A stretch of 64,000 nt of DNA, from positions 62,001 through 126,000 of the forward strand of contig JAQGDQ010000601.1 of NCBI GenBank assembly GCA_030141605.1, read 5' to 3'. The number at the start of each line of letters is the position of its first letter. The first letter of the stretch is position 1. The notes under the pieces are model-generated. The model was not told the origin of the DNA. It made no database searches and saw only the letters and a program-made list of their open reading frames with translations. Origin of the DNA: Tubiluchus corallicola. Taxonomy: Eukaryota > Animalia > Priapulida. Shown piece after piece: positions 24,401 through 38,500 of the stretch. The position numbers and the translations under genes were made by a program.

Positions 24401-27400
24401 TTTGTTTTGAATGTGTTACCCGCTTGTCCACTGTTACCCAAAGAATTTCTGGATTTAGAAAAGCATACTTTTTAATTTACTGCTAATTCACTTATATAAA
24501 TCAACATTTTAAAATATTTTTTCTAATTTTTAACTGCACAAAGGAATTTAGGCATTATTTTGTTTCTAATATTCATTAAAAACCTTTGCAGTGCATAGTA
24601 AACTGATGACTCATACTTCTATATCTGTAATACTACACCCATCGGTTAATAGGTTCAGTCGGTTAATTGGGTCAAAACACGTCGGCCCCAAAGTGAGTCT
24701 ATTAAGCGGTGCCTACTGTATATTCAAAAAGGCAAGAAAACGATACTACAAGTTTGATGATTTCATGTGATATTGTAATCTTTCCTAACTTAAATCCCAC
24801 AAACCTGGTGCATCTTTAATCAAAAGCACATACAATGTCAACCAAAATTACAGAGAAAAATCGCACCCATCTGCATTTCCAATTGCCATGACACTAGAAT
24901 CAGGTTTCCAACAAACTTCTGTTCTCAATGGTGGTTTATGGGTCATCCTGTTAACATCGACAATCACAGCGTTTACGTCAACTGCATCCTCGTTAAGCTT
25001 ACCAGGAAGATGCTGCAATACAACTCCATCACCACAGCTGTACACACCAAACACCTGCGCATTAGCTGAAACAAGTTAATCACAGGTAACAACAAGCAAG
25101 ACATCACAGCTACTGATGCAAACTGTTTGTCATTTGTCTGCCATGTTTATCATGTATATAATGTTTACCACATCATTATAGTTCTTTTTAGATATGCTAA
25201 AAGTATATGAAATAGCATTGCTTCATACTAATTTACACTTTTAATTAAAATGCTTCAGACAACGGAGAAACTAAGCTGTAAAATTGCATGTCATTTCGTT
25301 TAAAATGTAATTTTATAAAATGAAGTTATGCCAAAATGATCTAGAAGAGCTCATACCATTCACTCCACATTGTGGACCCCATGATAAGCTGTAGACAGTA
25401 CGTTGATGATACGTTCTAGATATCATGGGTGGTTTAGAAGACATCGTGTCTTGAATCCCAACTCTCCCGTCTTCCGTAGCATATGCTAACCAACCCTCCT
25501 TTGTAGGGTGCCAAGCGACCTGTGTGTGTAACAAAGCAAAAAATCAGAAATTTTATACAACAGTCATGGGCAGAAATGTACACCAACAAGCTTTTGAAAT
25601 TTTCTAATTAAAAAAACAGCAATGCAAGAGACATTGCTTGCTTAACGCAACAAAGGGAACTGTCATCTGGTGTATCCATTTTTCATTTTTTTTAAAAATT
25701 GCATTACGAGCAAATCTACTAATCTGATATTACAACCTAAGCACCACAATTTTTACCATCTATGATGCTGCCAATTAGCATCCTGCCCTCATAAAAAGTA
25801 CCTTATGTATAAATGTGGACAACTTAATTGTTTCAGAAATGATAACATAAAGCAATCTTTAACAATGTTAAAAAAGGCTTCATTCGAAACTGAATCCTCA
25901 TATAAATATATGCTACTAAAGCCATAGTCTTGTAAAATGTATTTCTCCAACCATGATTAGCCAAGGCAGAAAGAGTACAATAAATGTTCAACTGCATGTA
26001 CCTTCACACTCACCTCTCCCTGTATACAAAGCATCTGACTCCAAACTCTGTATAAACATTGCTTGAAAATGGCCGTTTACCAATACGATCGCCCATTCAG
26101 TATCGATTATTGGTAAAGATTATGATTAATCTGGTAATCTTTTAAAATGCCATCATTTCTAGCACAACTCAAATAAACAGACTAAAACACCAATTTTACT
26201 ATACAAAGCATTTCAGGAAAACATGATAGTATACTTACTGCAGACAGCCTTGACTTTATTCCTTGCCAGAATTGCTGTATATCATAGGCATCGGCAGACA
26301 TAGAAAGATTCCATACTCTCAAAACATTATCTCCAGCCCCGACTGCAAGCCGATTGGTCTGAGAAGATAATGCCAGGCAGTTCACAGCCCCACCGAGTGT
26401 AGAGATCACACATATGCTAGACAAGCTTGCCAAACTCCACTGTATGATTTGCCTGGTAACAAAGAAAATTTTTATCAAGCGTTTCTTATAGGTATCTCGC
26501 CAATAGTTAAAGAATACTGTAAAAGTGCTGATAAAATAGGAAAAGTTTAAATTTAATAAAAAGTCACAGCTACACAAATGATTATGAATTGAAATTAAAT
26601 GTTTTAACTTCAAAGCAATACAAGATTAATTATTGAGAAATATAGAAGAGCCATTTTTCTGCAATGCAAATTTCTACCTGTCCATGGAGATGGTGAAAAC
26701 TGAGTACGGTCCGGCTGAAATAATGTTAAATATGGTTCTAGAATGGACTGCTCCACAACTGCCAGCCACAAAATTCTTCCACTTTGCTTTCCCTGATTTT
26801 CCTAATTCCCAGATCAAAAGTTCTCCTCTAAAATAAAAAAGAGAATAAACTAAAGCAACCACTAGCAATATCACCATATAAAAATGTTAGCCAAAACTTT
26901 ACTTTTATAAGTTAAACACTCAAAAACATTACAATTTCCATCCACAGTTTGCACACATGTATTCTACTGGTCTGACATAACACCATTAGGTGACAAAATG
27001 TACAGAATAAGGATAGTCGACAACGACACAATATATAGACATAGCAAAAGCAAAATGCCAACAAAGACAGATCATCTCAGTTTGTAACAAAAGCCATGAC
27101 GAATCTGTTCAGAGATGTCACCATTCACGCTGTCACCAGTTTTATTTGTGACAATATTTGTAACATTTTATTATACTATGGTTAAATCACAACAATTGCT
27201 AACTACATACGTGCTAAAGGAAGCAAACTGCATCTACGCTAAACAATTATTTTACAAACTACTAATAATACACAGCTTGAAATTATTTCCTTACCCATGT
27301 GAACTAGACAATATTTCACCATGTCTATCTGGTAGCCAGCAAACAGTGACATACGTTCTAGTGCGTGCACTTTGATCGTCTGACCGTCCCCGTTGCCGGT

Positions 27401-30206
27401 TTTGAGTGGGTAACCTTAATACGGTCATCCGTTGTCCACTACGAACATTCCAAATAGAAACAGTACGATCGCGACATCCAGAAGCAAGTAATCCGGGTCC
27501 ACCATCTGTTTCTAAAGCAACTAGAAAAACAATTTTAATTTAACTAAAAGCACACCATCATCCTTATATTAGGGATACTAATGTCAAGAAACTGAAAACG
27601 AATAACAATTATAGTGGAAAATGTGAAAAATAAAATACTTCAGACAACTTTATTGAGTTACTCACTGAGTTAGATTCACTTTACAAGTTCTAGTGTAACA
27701 CTAGTCCTAAACACGTTTACATTTCCAATTTCTGGCAGTCACCACAGTTTATACATTTTTAGCAATAAAACATGAAGTTTTACGTTTCCTTGGAAAGTAA
27801 GCGCAAAAAGAAAACCTATTAATAATTGGCTAATATTGCCACGCAAACATTACAATTTAACAGTCAATACATGACTGGAATACTTTGCACAAAAAGCAAA
27901 AAATTTTAGCAGGAAGCCTTTAATGATAACCCAAAGAAAGAATCAACTTGTGCAACACAGTAATCTACATGATTTTCTCTGTGTAATCACCATTTACTAA
28001 TAGAAACTAAAAACAAAAAACCTTTTAAAAGCACATACATGCATGTTTAAACATCTGATGTCAAATATGTCTTGGTGAAAACTTAAAAATCTGTAATAGA
28101 TTCGGAAAGCAATTAATGAGGTCCGATTTCAAGTACAGAGTCGATTTTTTCCCAAGAAAGGTTTCACTAACGTTTTTGTTCACAGTAAAATTTTATTTAC
28201 AAGTAATATGCTCATCAATTTTTTTAATAAGATTAAAACTTCCTGAAACTTTATCAGCCTGCTTACCAGATGAAAGAGTTTCACCTGACGTAGGAGACCA
28301 AGTTAAGCACTCTATTTCATCATCATGTTCTCTTAACTTGTGTAAGACTGAGCCGCTTTTGCTGACATCATAGACAAGCACTAATCCATTTTTATACCTA
28401 CACATAGAAAACCAAGTGAAAAAACTTCTAAAAAAACATGCAATGGATAAACTAATTTTCAAAATGAATCAGTTAAAGATTTGAAACCAATTAGAAGTTA
28501 AAACAACTATGGGAAATAATTCTAAGCAGTTTGAAAAAATATGCAGATAGGAAGAGGTTAAAAAAATGCTCAAGTGGTGTCAGTAATTCTCAGTAATGGA
28601 AAAAAGGATCGTTAACTTTTGATACTTAACAAACAATGACATCACATGACATCACATGATGTCAGTATGTTAACCTAATTTTAATTGCTACTGCATTTGG
28701 TTAATCAATTTAGCTCTTATAAATTCAATTTGATTTTAAATTTTGTTTTGGTAACTAGTACACACTGTATCAAGCAATATCACAACTACTTAAACTCGTT
28801 AACTTAGTTTATAGCATTTAGTTTTAACTATATACAAAACAATTACATAGCAAATGGGGCACCTTCTATTACACTGACAGAGGACCACACACAGAGGAAA
28901 ATAAAGACGATACATTATACCAAAAAATATGAAAACAGACATTTGTAATGTGTGTGAGTCAATGATTTTGTTATCATTTGTCATTATACAGATCAACACA
29001 TATGAAGATAAATAAATGAAATTGATAATCTTTATTTCAGACGAAAAGCTGTTTATAAAATTTGTTTTAACATATGTCATATATATTTAATACAACATTT
29101 ATAATTTACCCCACAGCTATGTATTCAGTTACATGAGGACAGATTGCCAAACAGGAAATGGAATGAGACACTGGATGAAACCACTGCAGAGCTCCAGTTT
29201 TATAATTCCACTTGTAAATATAGCCTTTATCATCACAGGAAACAATAATATCCAAATTGAATGATGACCAACCAATTGCTGTTACTTTACCCTACAAAAT
29301 AAAAAACAATGTTAACAATAAATTACAGTTCTCATCAAAATCAACCACTGACTTACCGACCAGTCAAAGTACTGCTTAAAACTTTTCGGTTTTCTGCATA
29401 ATTTCCCACTCAGTTTGTGCATTTTTTTGTGTGGCTTGTCATTCAAATAGAGCGGTTTTTGCATAGTTTTTGGCAAATTTATACAAAACTCCTTGGCTTG
29501 CATGCAAAAATGTACACAGTTTTCATTAAAGCTATTATTCACAGCAAATCAGTGCAGTGAACTGAACAGATGGTAATTTCTACATGTAATTTGTTACATT
29601 TTATAAACTATGAACCTTCAAATAACATAAAGCAATTAATGAGTGGGAAATCACGCAGAAAACTGCTCTATGTATAAACAACCCCCTAAAGATACGACTT
29701 CCATTAATTTGCTGTTATGTGATAACAATTTGAAAAGTAATTTTTCTGCATACAGTCATCTGTCAGACTTATACTTTATAGCATAGTTATACCATTCTCT
29801 CAAACTTGACTATTAAAATAACGTCAGCATTCTGAATGCCTCACAGTTCCTTTAAATGTAGATTCCAAAGAAAAATAAAGATAAACGACAAGGTAACCAT
29901 TACATTACGCTCACGATGAGTTTCGTGAAATTTAACTGTTAGTTTGGTGTCTTCATCCCACACGACAACACATCCATCCTCATCACAACTGCAACCCAAG
30001 CGTGATCCTACTTCTGGCTTCCATGATACACCTGTTACTCTGCTTTGATGCGTACAAATCCAACCAGCAAAGCTTGAAGGCTTCGACTTTACATTTAAGA
30101 ATACGATATTATTTCTACAGCCGAAAGCAAGGAAACCATTCGAGTTATAATCGCATACACGACTGCAATACCAGTTCGGCGAAGGACAAAGGCCCACGCC
30201 GTTCAT
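7705..30206 (-). CDS. GEMIN5: Gem-associated protein 5 (WD40 SMN-complex subunit), roughly 22 exons
   Basis: N-terminus [23 protein letters not shown] matches the Gemin5 PPSPNWYC motif. Successive WD40 exons with GT-AG borders, e.g. 29904-30206, 29110-29291, 28267-28397, 27295-27520, ~26678-26827, ~26238-26452 ([20 protein letters not shown]), ~25356-25519 ([19 protein letters not shown]), ~22907-23100, ~22105-22259, ~20558-20729 ([13 protein letters not shown]). Then ~18351-18592 ([10 protein letters not shown]), TPR-like exons ~16195-16481, ~14937-15057 and ~14118-14328, a large exon 9460-10637 and a probable last exon 7705-7887 (FPHPVES). The 3' exons are less certain. Confidence 0.92.
11611..12158. 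mobile_element. hAT-type MITE in GEMIN5 intron
   Basis: TIRs CAGTGGCGGCTC / GAACCGCCACTG; 8-bp TSD AATCAGAT / AATCACAT (1 mismatch). Confidence 0.8.
14577..14638. repeat. Perfect 62-bp AT-rich palindrome followed by (TA)n
   Basis: ATTCACAAATTAAGAAAAATTAAATTTATAT|ATATAAATTTAATTTTTCTTAATTTGTGAAT; the left arm recurs at ~22616. Confidence 0.9.
15419..15511. repeat. (CA)n/(CACG)n microsatellite
   Basis: Directly visible; explains the spurious CV/HT-repeat ORFs. Confidence 0.95.
15553..16000. repeat. ~125-bp tandem repeat, about 3.5 copies
   Basis: Recurring unit ACGACCCG..GATATCCGTA.GATCTGGCG..GGGATAT..TAAGCATCATTTGCTCGTTAACATCACGGAGTTCGA..TAAACTA..ATCATTCCCTACCTAAGAC; unit starts near 15626, 15749 and 15875. 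Confidence 0.85.
21183..21318. repeat. (CA)n-rich microsatellite
   Basis: Directly visible. Confidence 0.95.
21992..22030. repeat. (AATCT)n pentanucleotide microsatellite
   Basis: Directly visible; could be the tail of a decayed L2-type retroposon. Confidence 0.85.
24096..24718. mobile_element. Tc1/mariner (pogo-like) MITE in GEMIN5 intron
   Basis: TA|CAGTAGGCGCCGCTTAAAGGACTCA ... TGAGTCTATTAAGCGGTGCCTACTG|TA. Confidence 0.85.
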
Positions 30207-32541
30207 ATTATAAAAAAGAGATGAGATTTTGTGCAGTAAATAACAGTCTGGGTTTTAAAAATCTCAAAGATGACTAAAACTAAAAAACTTTACATAGGAG
30301 TCACATGTATACGCGGCAATGACAGCAATCATAGTATGTTTCTTTTTTTGCGCGTCTCAATGTCGACGTTGAACAGTCGAAGTTGAAATTGACAGTAGAG
30401 ATGTGCATTGTCTGAAGTGATTGTGCGCATCTTAAGGGTGCAGTTTGTATGTTGATAACGCGCCCGTTCAGGCGTGCGCCCAAATATCTCGGCTGTTTTA
30501 TGTGTTTCAAAATAGTAATGGTATAAGGTCTAAGTAAGTCTTCTTCTTAATTTTTCGAATAATAGAAACAAAGCGCTTTAATAGTAAAGTCCGGATGTCT
30601 CTTATATTATACAAGGAATAATCTCCATGAAGGAAAACAAGTTATCGTGCATCTGTTGAGAGCTTCGTTAATTGGCGTTATTCTCACGTTTTACAATTGA
30701 ATGTAGATTTTCATCAAAAAAAGTTATTATTGACTTTTGAACTATTAAAGACCCACTGAAACTTCTTGCTATCAAAGATACCTAAAATGCAGTTGTGAAC
30801 ATATAAACTGCATTTCGGCTAGTTAAAGTGTAATATTGTTTCGTGTTGTGTGCTGGGAAGCCAGGTGAGACAACGCTAGGGTTTTTTGTGTTCATGTCAG
30901 AAAAAAGTTTGTTGTAGTAAAATTTATTTAATTGTGGATGACAGTTCACATCCTGTAAAGGCTAGATTCCAAAATCAAAAGTGCAAATTTTTTTTCTAAA
31001 ATAGGAAAAGGACAAGTTAGTGGGCAGTCTAGTACACGCAATGTTCAACACAGTGTTGCTGTACAAAGGTAAAACAAGCATGCCTACACTATTTTGTGAA
31101 TGTTAATATTACAATCACGAAGCTTGTATTATTTCATTGTGTAAGACTTAATATTACATTATATCAGTAGGCCTTTTATGCATGACAAAATGAATTTTGC
31201 TTTTCAATTCATTTGGATTTGAAGCCATGTGATTCGTCTTCACACAGCGTACGTAGTTGTAAATTGTCATAGTGTTACCAAATTTGGTGGAAGGTATAAA
31301 GTAAGGTTGAGGGTTATCTTTCTAGTTTGAGTCATTGATTTACCAAATATTCATGTACATAACATTACTACAGTCAAACCTCTTTGACAAACCTCTACGG
31401 ACCACATTTACACTGCAACAATATTGGCATTATCGTTGTTGCCGCCGTCATCATTATTGTCATCATCATCATAATCATTGTCATCATCATCATTATTATA
31501 TCAGTAAATACTAAGAGTACGTACTTTTATTTCCTACTATTAGTATAAGTAAACACTACATTTTGTCATAACCTTGAACAAATCATTGACCTATAATAAT
31601 ATATTTTATACAGAAAAAGCAAGTTAGTTGATTTCTATTAATTTTTTGACTCTGCACGGTTCGTTCCGTCACTTGATTTAATATTCAATGATCATAATTA
31701 AAATTAAAATTATAAATTGTTGTTAGTCCAATGAGTAATCCTATATTTTTAGAAAAATAATCTGCTAATCCGACAGACAAAGAATAGATCTACATAGTTC
31801 TGTTACACTTGGGATGAAAATAATTATTAAATTTTATCGTTAGCAGTATGATTTTTTTGCGCTATCATGTATAGTTAACAGAGCTTCAATAGTAAATAAC
31901 AATATCAACACTTACTCACTATTATGCTTATTCACAAAACTGAATATCCATGCAGGATCATTTTTTCTGTATTGTTGATCATTAATTTCCATATTCCATA
32001 ATTAATAAAATCATTTAAACATGTAAAGATAAGATTTAATAAAGTAATAGAAAGGTTTAATTCTTTACATATGTGAGCAATGAGGTATTTTTATCTGAGA
32101 ATGTGAAGCCAGCAAAAAATATCAATTTTCAGTTATTTTCTTAAACATAAAGAACAGTATGAGCTACGGTTTGCTTTGCCTTTCATTTCATGTAATTGGT
32201 ATTTTAAATGAACACAACTAACTCTTGACATAAATGAATTACTGTATCACAAGTAATTTATACAACATATCATATAAGCTTTTTTTACTCTAACCTAATT
32301 AAGTTCATAACAGTTGTATTCTTATACCTCTATGACTTTTTGCTATGTATTTCCTTAAAATATTAATTGTAAAACATTTAACAACATTAACAACTACCGT
32401 CCATGTGCATACAAACTACCTGGAATCATTTCTCCTCACACTTCCTTCACATTTGTGGTCACCGGGAACCTTATAAATCTGACGACTAATAGATCACACA
32501 GACAACAAACAGTAAACTAAGCTCCATATAGCTTAGCAGAA

Positions 32542-35500
32542 TTAAAGCGCCTGTTGTGCAGTGCTGGTTTCTTCTAACATCTTTTCCATGTCTTTTAGCG
32601 GGTATCTGTTATCTGACGGCTGCAAGTTAAACTTCTCCACCAAAATGTTCATCACGTTTGGAGTGATGAAAGCTGGCATCTTGGGACCAAGCCGGATGTT
32701 CTTGATGCCCAAATGTAACAACGTGAGCAGGACAGCAACCGCCTTCTGCTCAAACCAGGACACAGCTAATGATAGAGGTAAAGAGTTCACGTCTGTCTTC
32801 ATTGCATCAGCAAGAGCAGAAGCGACAGCCACAGCTCCATAGGCGTCATTACACTGACCAAGGTCCAGCAGACGTGGTATACCTGTGTTTCCTAACGTAC
32901 CAAGTTCCTGTCGATTGAACCTAAATTAATTCAAAAATGTTCAGCAGGTAGGAAAAATACTAGTGCCGGTTCAATGTTCAAGAATATTCAAATACGTTAA
33001 TGGACTTCTGGAGAAAAGGCAGGTAAAGAAAAAATTAAAAATTCCAAGTAAACATCTATCAATTTCATTAAGTGGGAACTAATTAAAGTCTTAAGAAGTT
33101 ATGGGCTTACCTCGAAAACTACTTATATAATTCACATATTCAACTGATTTGTTTTTTCCTTTTTTATTACAGTAAGTTTTCCTGCCAATTCATTCATTTT
33201 AGTTTACTGCATTCTCACGTCATAGAATGTATTGGAGTAGACCTAGTGTATCATTAAAGTGGTCCTCTGTCCGTCATAATTTCTTAGTCTCTGCTGTCTT
33301 TGGAAAAATTTCTAATTTTCGTTGTTACTTGACAGTTTATATTGATCTGCACCTCGTCATTTCAGCTGACAGGTGTGTTGCTTCAGTGGCTTATCTTGGA
33401 TAGGCATTCTTGATAATGAACCATGCTCTAGTCACGCCACAAACATTTCTTCGAGCATGCTATTCTAGGCCCAGTTTCACAAACCGTCACTAACTTAACG
33501 ACATTGTTATTAATAGTTAAGTGAATGTAATGACGACAACATCATTAAGTTAGTGCCTTCTTTGTGAAATCGGCCCCAGGCCTGCAGTATTCTGTTTCTT
33601 GAAACTGTGATGTTTTTTACAGTCTACTTTTCTGTGTCCTGAGCTTATTAAATTATTGTTAATAAAGTAAAGTTTTGCTTTGTTTTTTGAATATAACTAT
33701 AACAAACTTCATAGTTTCTACCACGTTACAACTTGAAAATACGTACTGCCAAACTTGAAACAGTTGGAGTTTTAAAAGGAATTATTAAGGTATTAATATT
33801 CGGTCAGAAGCGATTATTGGTCATTTCAAATAACTAAACCTGTATTTTGCACATCCCATTGTCAAAACTATGGTGTCATCTGGCAAACCATCAACGAGCT
33901 TCGTGTAGTAACTTCTTCTATTTTCAGGACCATCACAACCCCCGACAACAAATATCCTCTTTAGTGTACCTTGCTGGACTGCTTCAATGACCTACAAAAA
34001 AATGCATTTATTCGCCGTTTTTTGTTGTTATGAATTGTCGCATATGCCTGTGAAAGCCCGTGATCGATCCCGATCAAACTCAACGATCGTCAGTTTTGTT
34101 AAAAAAATGATCAACCTTTAGGTCAGTTTAACAAAAACAGCAATTAACAAAAATAATTTCTTACACAAGGTAGTATTGCAGAGTAGTACTATATTTTTCA
34201 AAAATGTAGAGCTTATAGCTATATTAACAGGAAGTTACTTAAAATAGTGCATTTTTTTTAAAAATAAATAATTTGTTTAAAGATTTAATAAAATCATTAA
34301 AATTCGTTAAAAATATCAAGTTATTCGATTCATTCATGGTATAATTAGCAAATTTTTGATAAATTAAGTCACTGTGATGTAAAGTGTTAGAGAGAGGAAT
34401 TCGGAAACGCGCCCAGCTTATTCAGGTATACGGCCATTACTGTCCACTCGGTGTAGACACATCAAAAGAAGGAAGTTAGAAGGAAAAATGCGGGGCAAAG
34501 ATACAAAAACCTTCGCAGGACTTCCACAACACTCTTCTTGCTGACTTGATACAGGATTTGTATCACAGTTATAGCAGTAGTTGTTATGTAGTTATAATAA
34601 AACTGTTATACGATCACAGTGTTTAAGGCCCGTACCTGTTTATGTACGCTGCTAATTATCAATGCCTTATTGGACATAATTATACAAGCACCATAATTAC
34701 CATAATATACAAGCAGGTTTAGTGGATGAATAACATCAGTGAGGCAAGAGGGTAAAAAATTAATATTGTTTTACCCTAATATAGTGGACCCCTGCAAAAC
34801 GTCAACCTGGTTGCATCCGGCAAACTACATAATGAGATCTGAACGTGTAATAATACTTTCACCTGTTCTGCTTTTGAAGCAATGACATCGTGGCCAAATC
34901 CTACAGCCATAGTCTTTTCTTCCCCAGTTGGAATGCACTGCTCTTGTGTAAATCCAGGCGTGTTTCTTGCTGATTCCAATAACACCTCCATATCTTCCTT
35001 TTTGTGGAGGTTCAAATGAGTACAGCCTGTAAAATTAGGCAGACAGGTAGTTATCTATAAACCTATCAAATACATTCACATAATACACATCTTTAATAAA
35101 CAAGTACAAAAATTCTACTTCAATGATGTAAAGAATTGCTAGATGTCTAAGAACTTTGGCGCATGATTAATTTTTTAGTATTACCTGGCCATCCAACATC
35201 ACCAACAGTGAAAAGTCTGTCTTTATAGGATTTCATAGGTTCAACCAAACAATTGGTAGTCACAACAATTGGTCCTGGGAAGTGTGGGAATTCATATTTT
35301 TGGATGTACCATGCACCGCCGTAATTTCCAACCAAGTGCTAATTAAACAAAACAAGACATACGCTGTATAATTAATGTCATTAATACTACTAGCGCAAAA
35401 TTCCCACATGACTATGCTACTAACTACCAACAGCCAAAAGCCAAAGATCCATCTCACGACTATTAAAGCACATATATATAACCAAAAGCTTTATATTCAA

Positions 35501-38500
35501 TGTGCAGTCGTCAAAAGCTATTGATCTGTACTGTTAAAACAACATGCCATATTGCATATACAATTAATGTCACTTGTTATAACAATGAAAATGAAAAGCT
35601 CAAAACTGAAAATCATTAGGGCTACAGATTAGTATCAATGATTTTGACAACGTCTGGGAGCATAAACATACAGGTCTATATAGCACTGTCCGGTAACATT
35701 AAGCTGAAAATGTACACTACCAGATGCACGATAACAAAATGTTTGACCCACTACTAGACCCACATGCCACAAATGCTACGGATCTACACACTATGAATGC
35801 CCGATATACAAAAGCTGTGGCCCTAAACTACAAACGTGATGTCTTTCTAGCTACAGCCTACGTATTTGTACTACTAATGCACAGCAGTCAAAACTACAGA
35901 GCCGTACTACTATTGCTTGCTAATCAAAAGCTATATAACAAACGCTATAATATATAATTATATATTATAATATATAATTATATATTATAGTCAAAAGTTC
36001 AAGTGAACAGCTGAGTGGTGAAGATTTTTGCTCTGCAGCCGAAGTTATGCAACACTGAGAATGATCAGTGAATAGCGATTATCATTAAATTTTTGATTAT
36101 CATTAACATTATCAATATGCATTTTGAGTGTGTTAATTTAGTATACTGGTTCTGCATATTTATTTCATTGAAAGAGGATCTATTTATATATGAACATGCT
36201 AAGGCACCTCTGCTGGTTCAGTAACTCATCTAGAGGATAAGCCTTTTAAAGACTTTGTTATTGGATTCCAGCTTGCAGTGTCCCAAATTGTATGAAAAAC
36301 AAACATACTTCTATAGCCAAATGAAACAAAATGAGCCTTTCTGACATATCATTTCTGACCAAAACTTATCATCTTCCTGCAGTTGAATTTTTACATGTGC
36401 TGAAAGTCTAGCGGGCAGCTCAAACTAAAAAAACCTGTTTTAGTCATAAACAAACCTGATGCCACGCCTTGCATCTTTTATTTGTAGTATGTACTAGTGC
36501 TCAGTAATCGTTTTCTTAACTGAAGAAAACGTGCTTAAAGAATTTTTATTAATTCACCTTGTATTTGCGAACTTCTGGATACCCATGACCTGGTAGTAAT
36601 TCACCGTGCGTGTAAACATTAATACCTGTACCTTCGGTTGCTTTCAGGATTTCCAACAAGTCGCCTACATCGTGTCCAGAAACTAAAATAGCCTGAAATT
36701 TACATACACAACTTGAGCATGTCATTATTAGTTCTATAATATACATGCTACACTTACTTAAGCACCTTATATTGCTAGAAAAAGAATAGAAAAACGAAAG
36801 ACGAGAAACGTATGATGATGATGATGACGACCAAGATGATTATGATGATGAAGATGATGATCCAAAAGAAATAATCTTGCTAGACATCATCTAAAATCAT
36901 TGCAAAATACACTGCTGTCTGGTAGGTTAACCATTATACCTTTCCTGGCATTGGTGTAGTGGATACTTCGTGTGGCGTTGGAACACCAAATCTGTCACAA
37001 TGGCCTTTATCCAGCAATTCCATGCCTTTCAGGTTGGCTTTTCCCACGCCTAGCGCCAGCTCTAAGTTTTTAGGCAAATCCATCCTTTCCTCATCAGGGG
37101 CAGTTTCTAGAAAGTCGAGGGCCTGAAATTCAGAAAACCCTTATAGAGTCCAGGTTGGTCCAGAAGGTCGAGGGTCGGAGCGTCCAGATTCGGCGAGATT
37201 TGTCTAGAATGTGCAAAATCTTAGATAACCCCCAACTGAAGCCACATACTTATGTGTTATACAAATTGACGGAGGTATGGCCTACTGTATGTATTTAATA
37301 GGTATTGCGTCTCTTTTACCTCAAATGTGAACTCAGCTATTTCCCTGCAACCCTTTCCCAGGAGCACAGCATGGCGAGCGTATGAAGCCATACCTTTCAA
37401 ACCAAACACTACCATCTGACGAACACCATTGACGTCCTTGCCAAAGATCTTGTCCTCTTCTTTGTAATTCACCTTTCTTCCTAACAAGTCAAACACGATG
37501 GTATGACGTAATAATTTAACGAAATTTAGTTAATTCGTGTTTGATAATTGATTATAATCAATATTGTTAAGCACAAAAGCTTATTACGATCAAGCACAAC
37601 AGATTGGTTTTTCCATCTGATGTTTTTTGTCTGAATCTACAAAGGCCGGTATTTTATTTATTCCAGGTACTTTACCTTCAGCTTCAAGTGTTTCTATATC
37701 AAAAGCAGGAGGAATGTAGGTGGCAGGACCTTCTGTAAACACTTCTGGTTTTATCTCTTTTTCCTGTATAATAATTCAAACTTTCATGGAAAAAATTAAT
37801 AGTAACAAGACTAGCTGGTAAATAATCGGGAAACTTAAAAAAGCAACCTAATTATAGTAGGGGTCAAAATCACTTAAGCAAGTTACAGCTCGCTTCAATT
37901 GTTCATTAATTCCTTGGTTTGTTCGTTTATTCATTCGTTCGTTCGTTCACTCATTCATTTATTCATTCACTATACCATTCATTTTCTGTCATTATTTTGT
38001 TCTCTTCATAGTGATTGACCCATTTATAACCCGATCAATTAGAATTCAGTAAAAAAAATTGAAAATTTTTTTCTCAACGAAATAAACATGAATCTCTATG
38101 TTACACTGACGGCAGCATTTTCACTGTTGTTGCTTACATAGTCCATACCTTACACATTTTTTCATACAATTCCTTCATTCGATCTCGATATTCCAGTGTT
38201 TGCTTTATATAGATCGGAAAGCGGTCGTGGTCGAAGTTAACGTTAGTTAGTGTGCTACAAGTAAATAAAACTTTGTAAACACAATAGCATAACTTGTCAA
38301 AACACTGAGCCGAATACGCTGTCAATAGACTGTACTGTAGGCCAATACAGCGTGCAGACCTATCACTGTGAATCTCTAACCAATGTTTGAGTGCAAAAGT
38401 GTCTTTTAGATCTGTGTGCAACTTTCCGGGTGTTGCTTCTTGTGCACGTGAAATTATCAATGCCTGTAAATGCTTTTTTACCACTAACCTAAACAGAGAA

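Noticed and set aside
35945-35990. 46-bp AT-only palindrome in an HCP intron
   Set aside because: Low-complexity TA-derived sequence, readily produced by slippage
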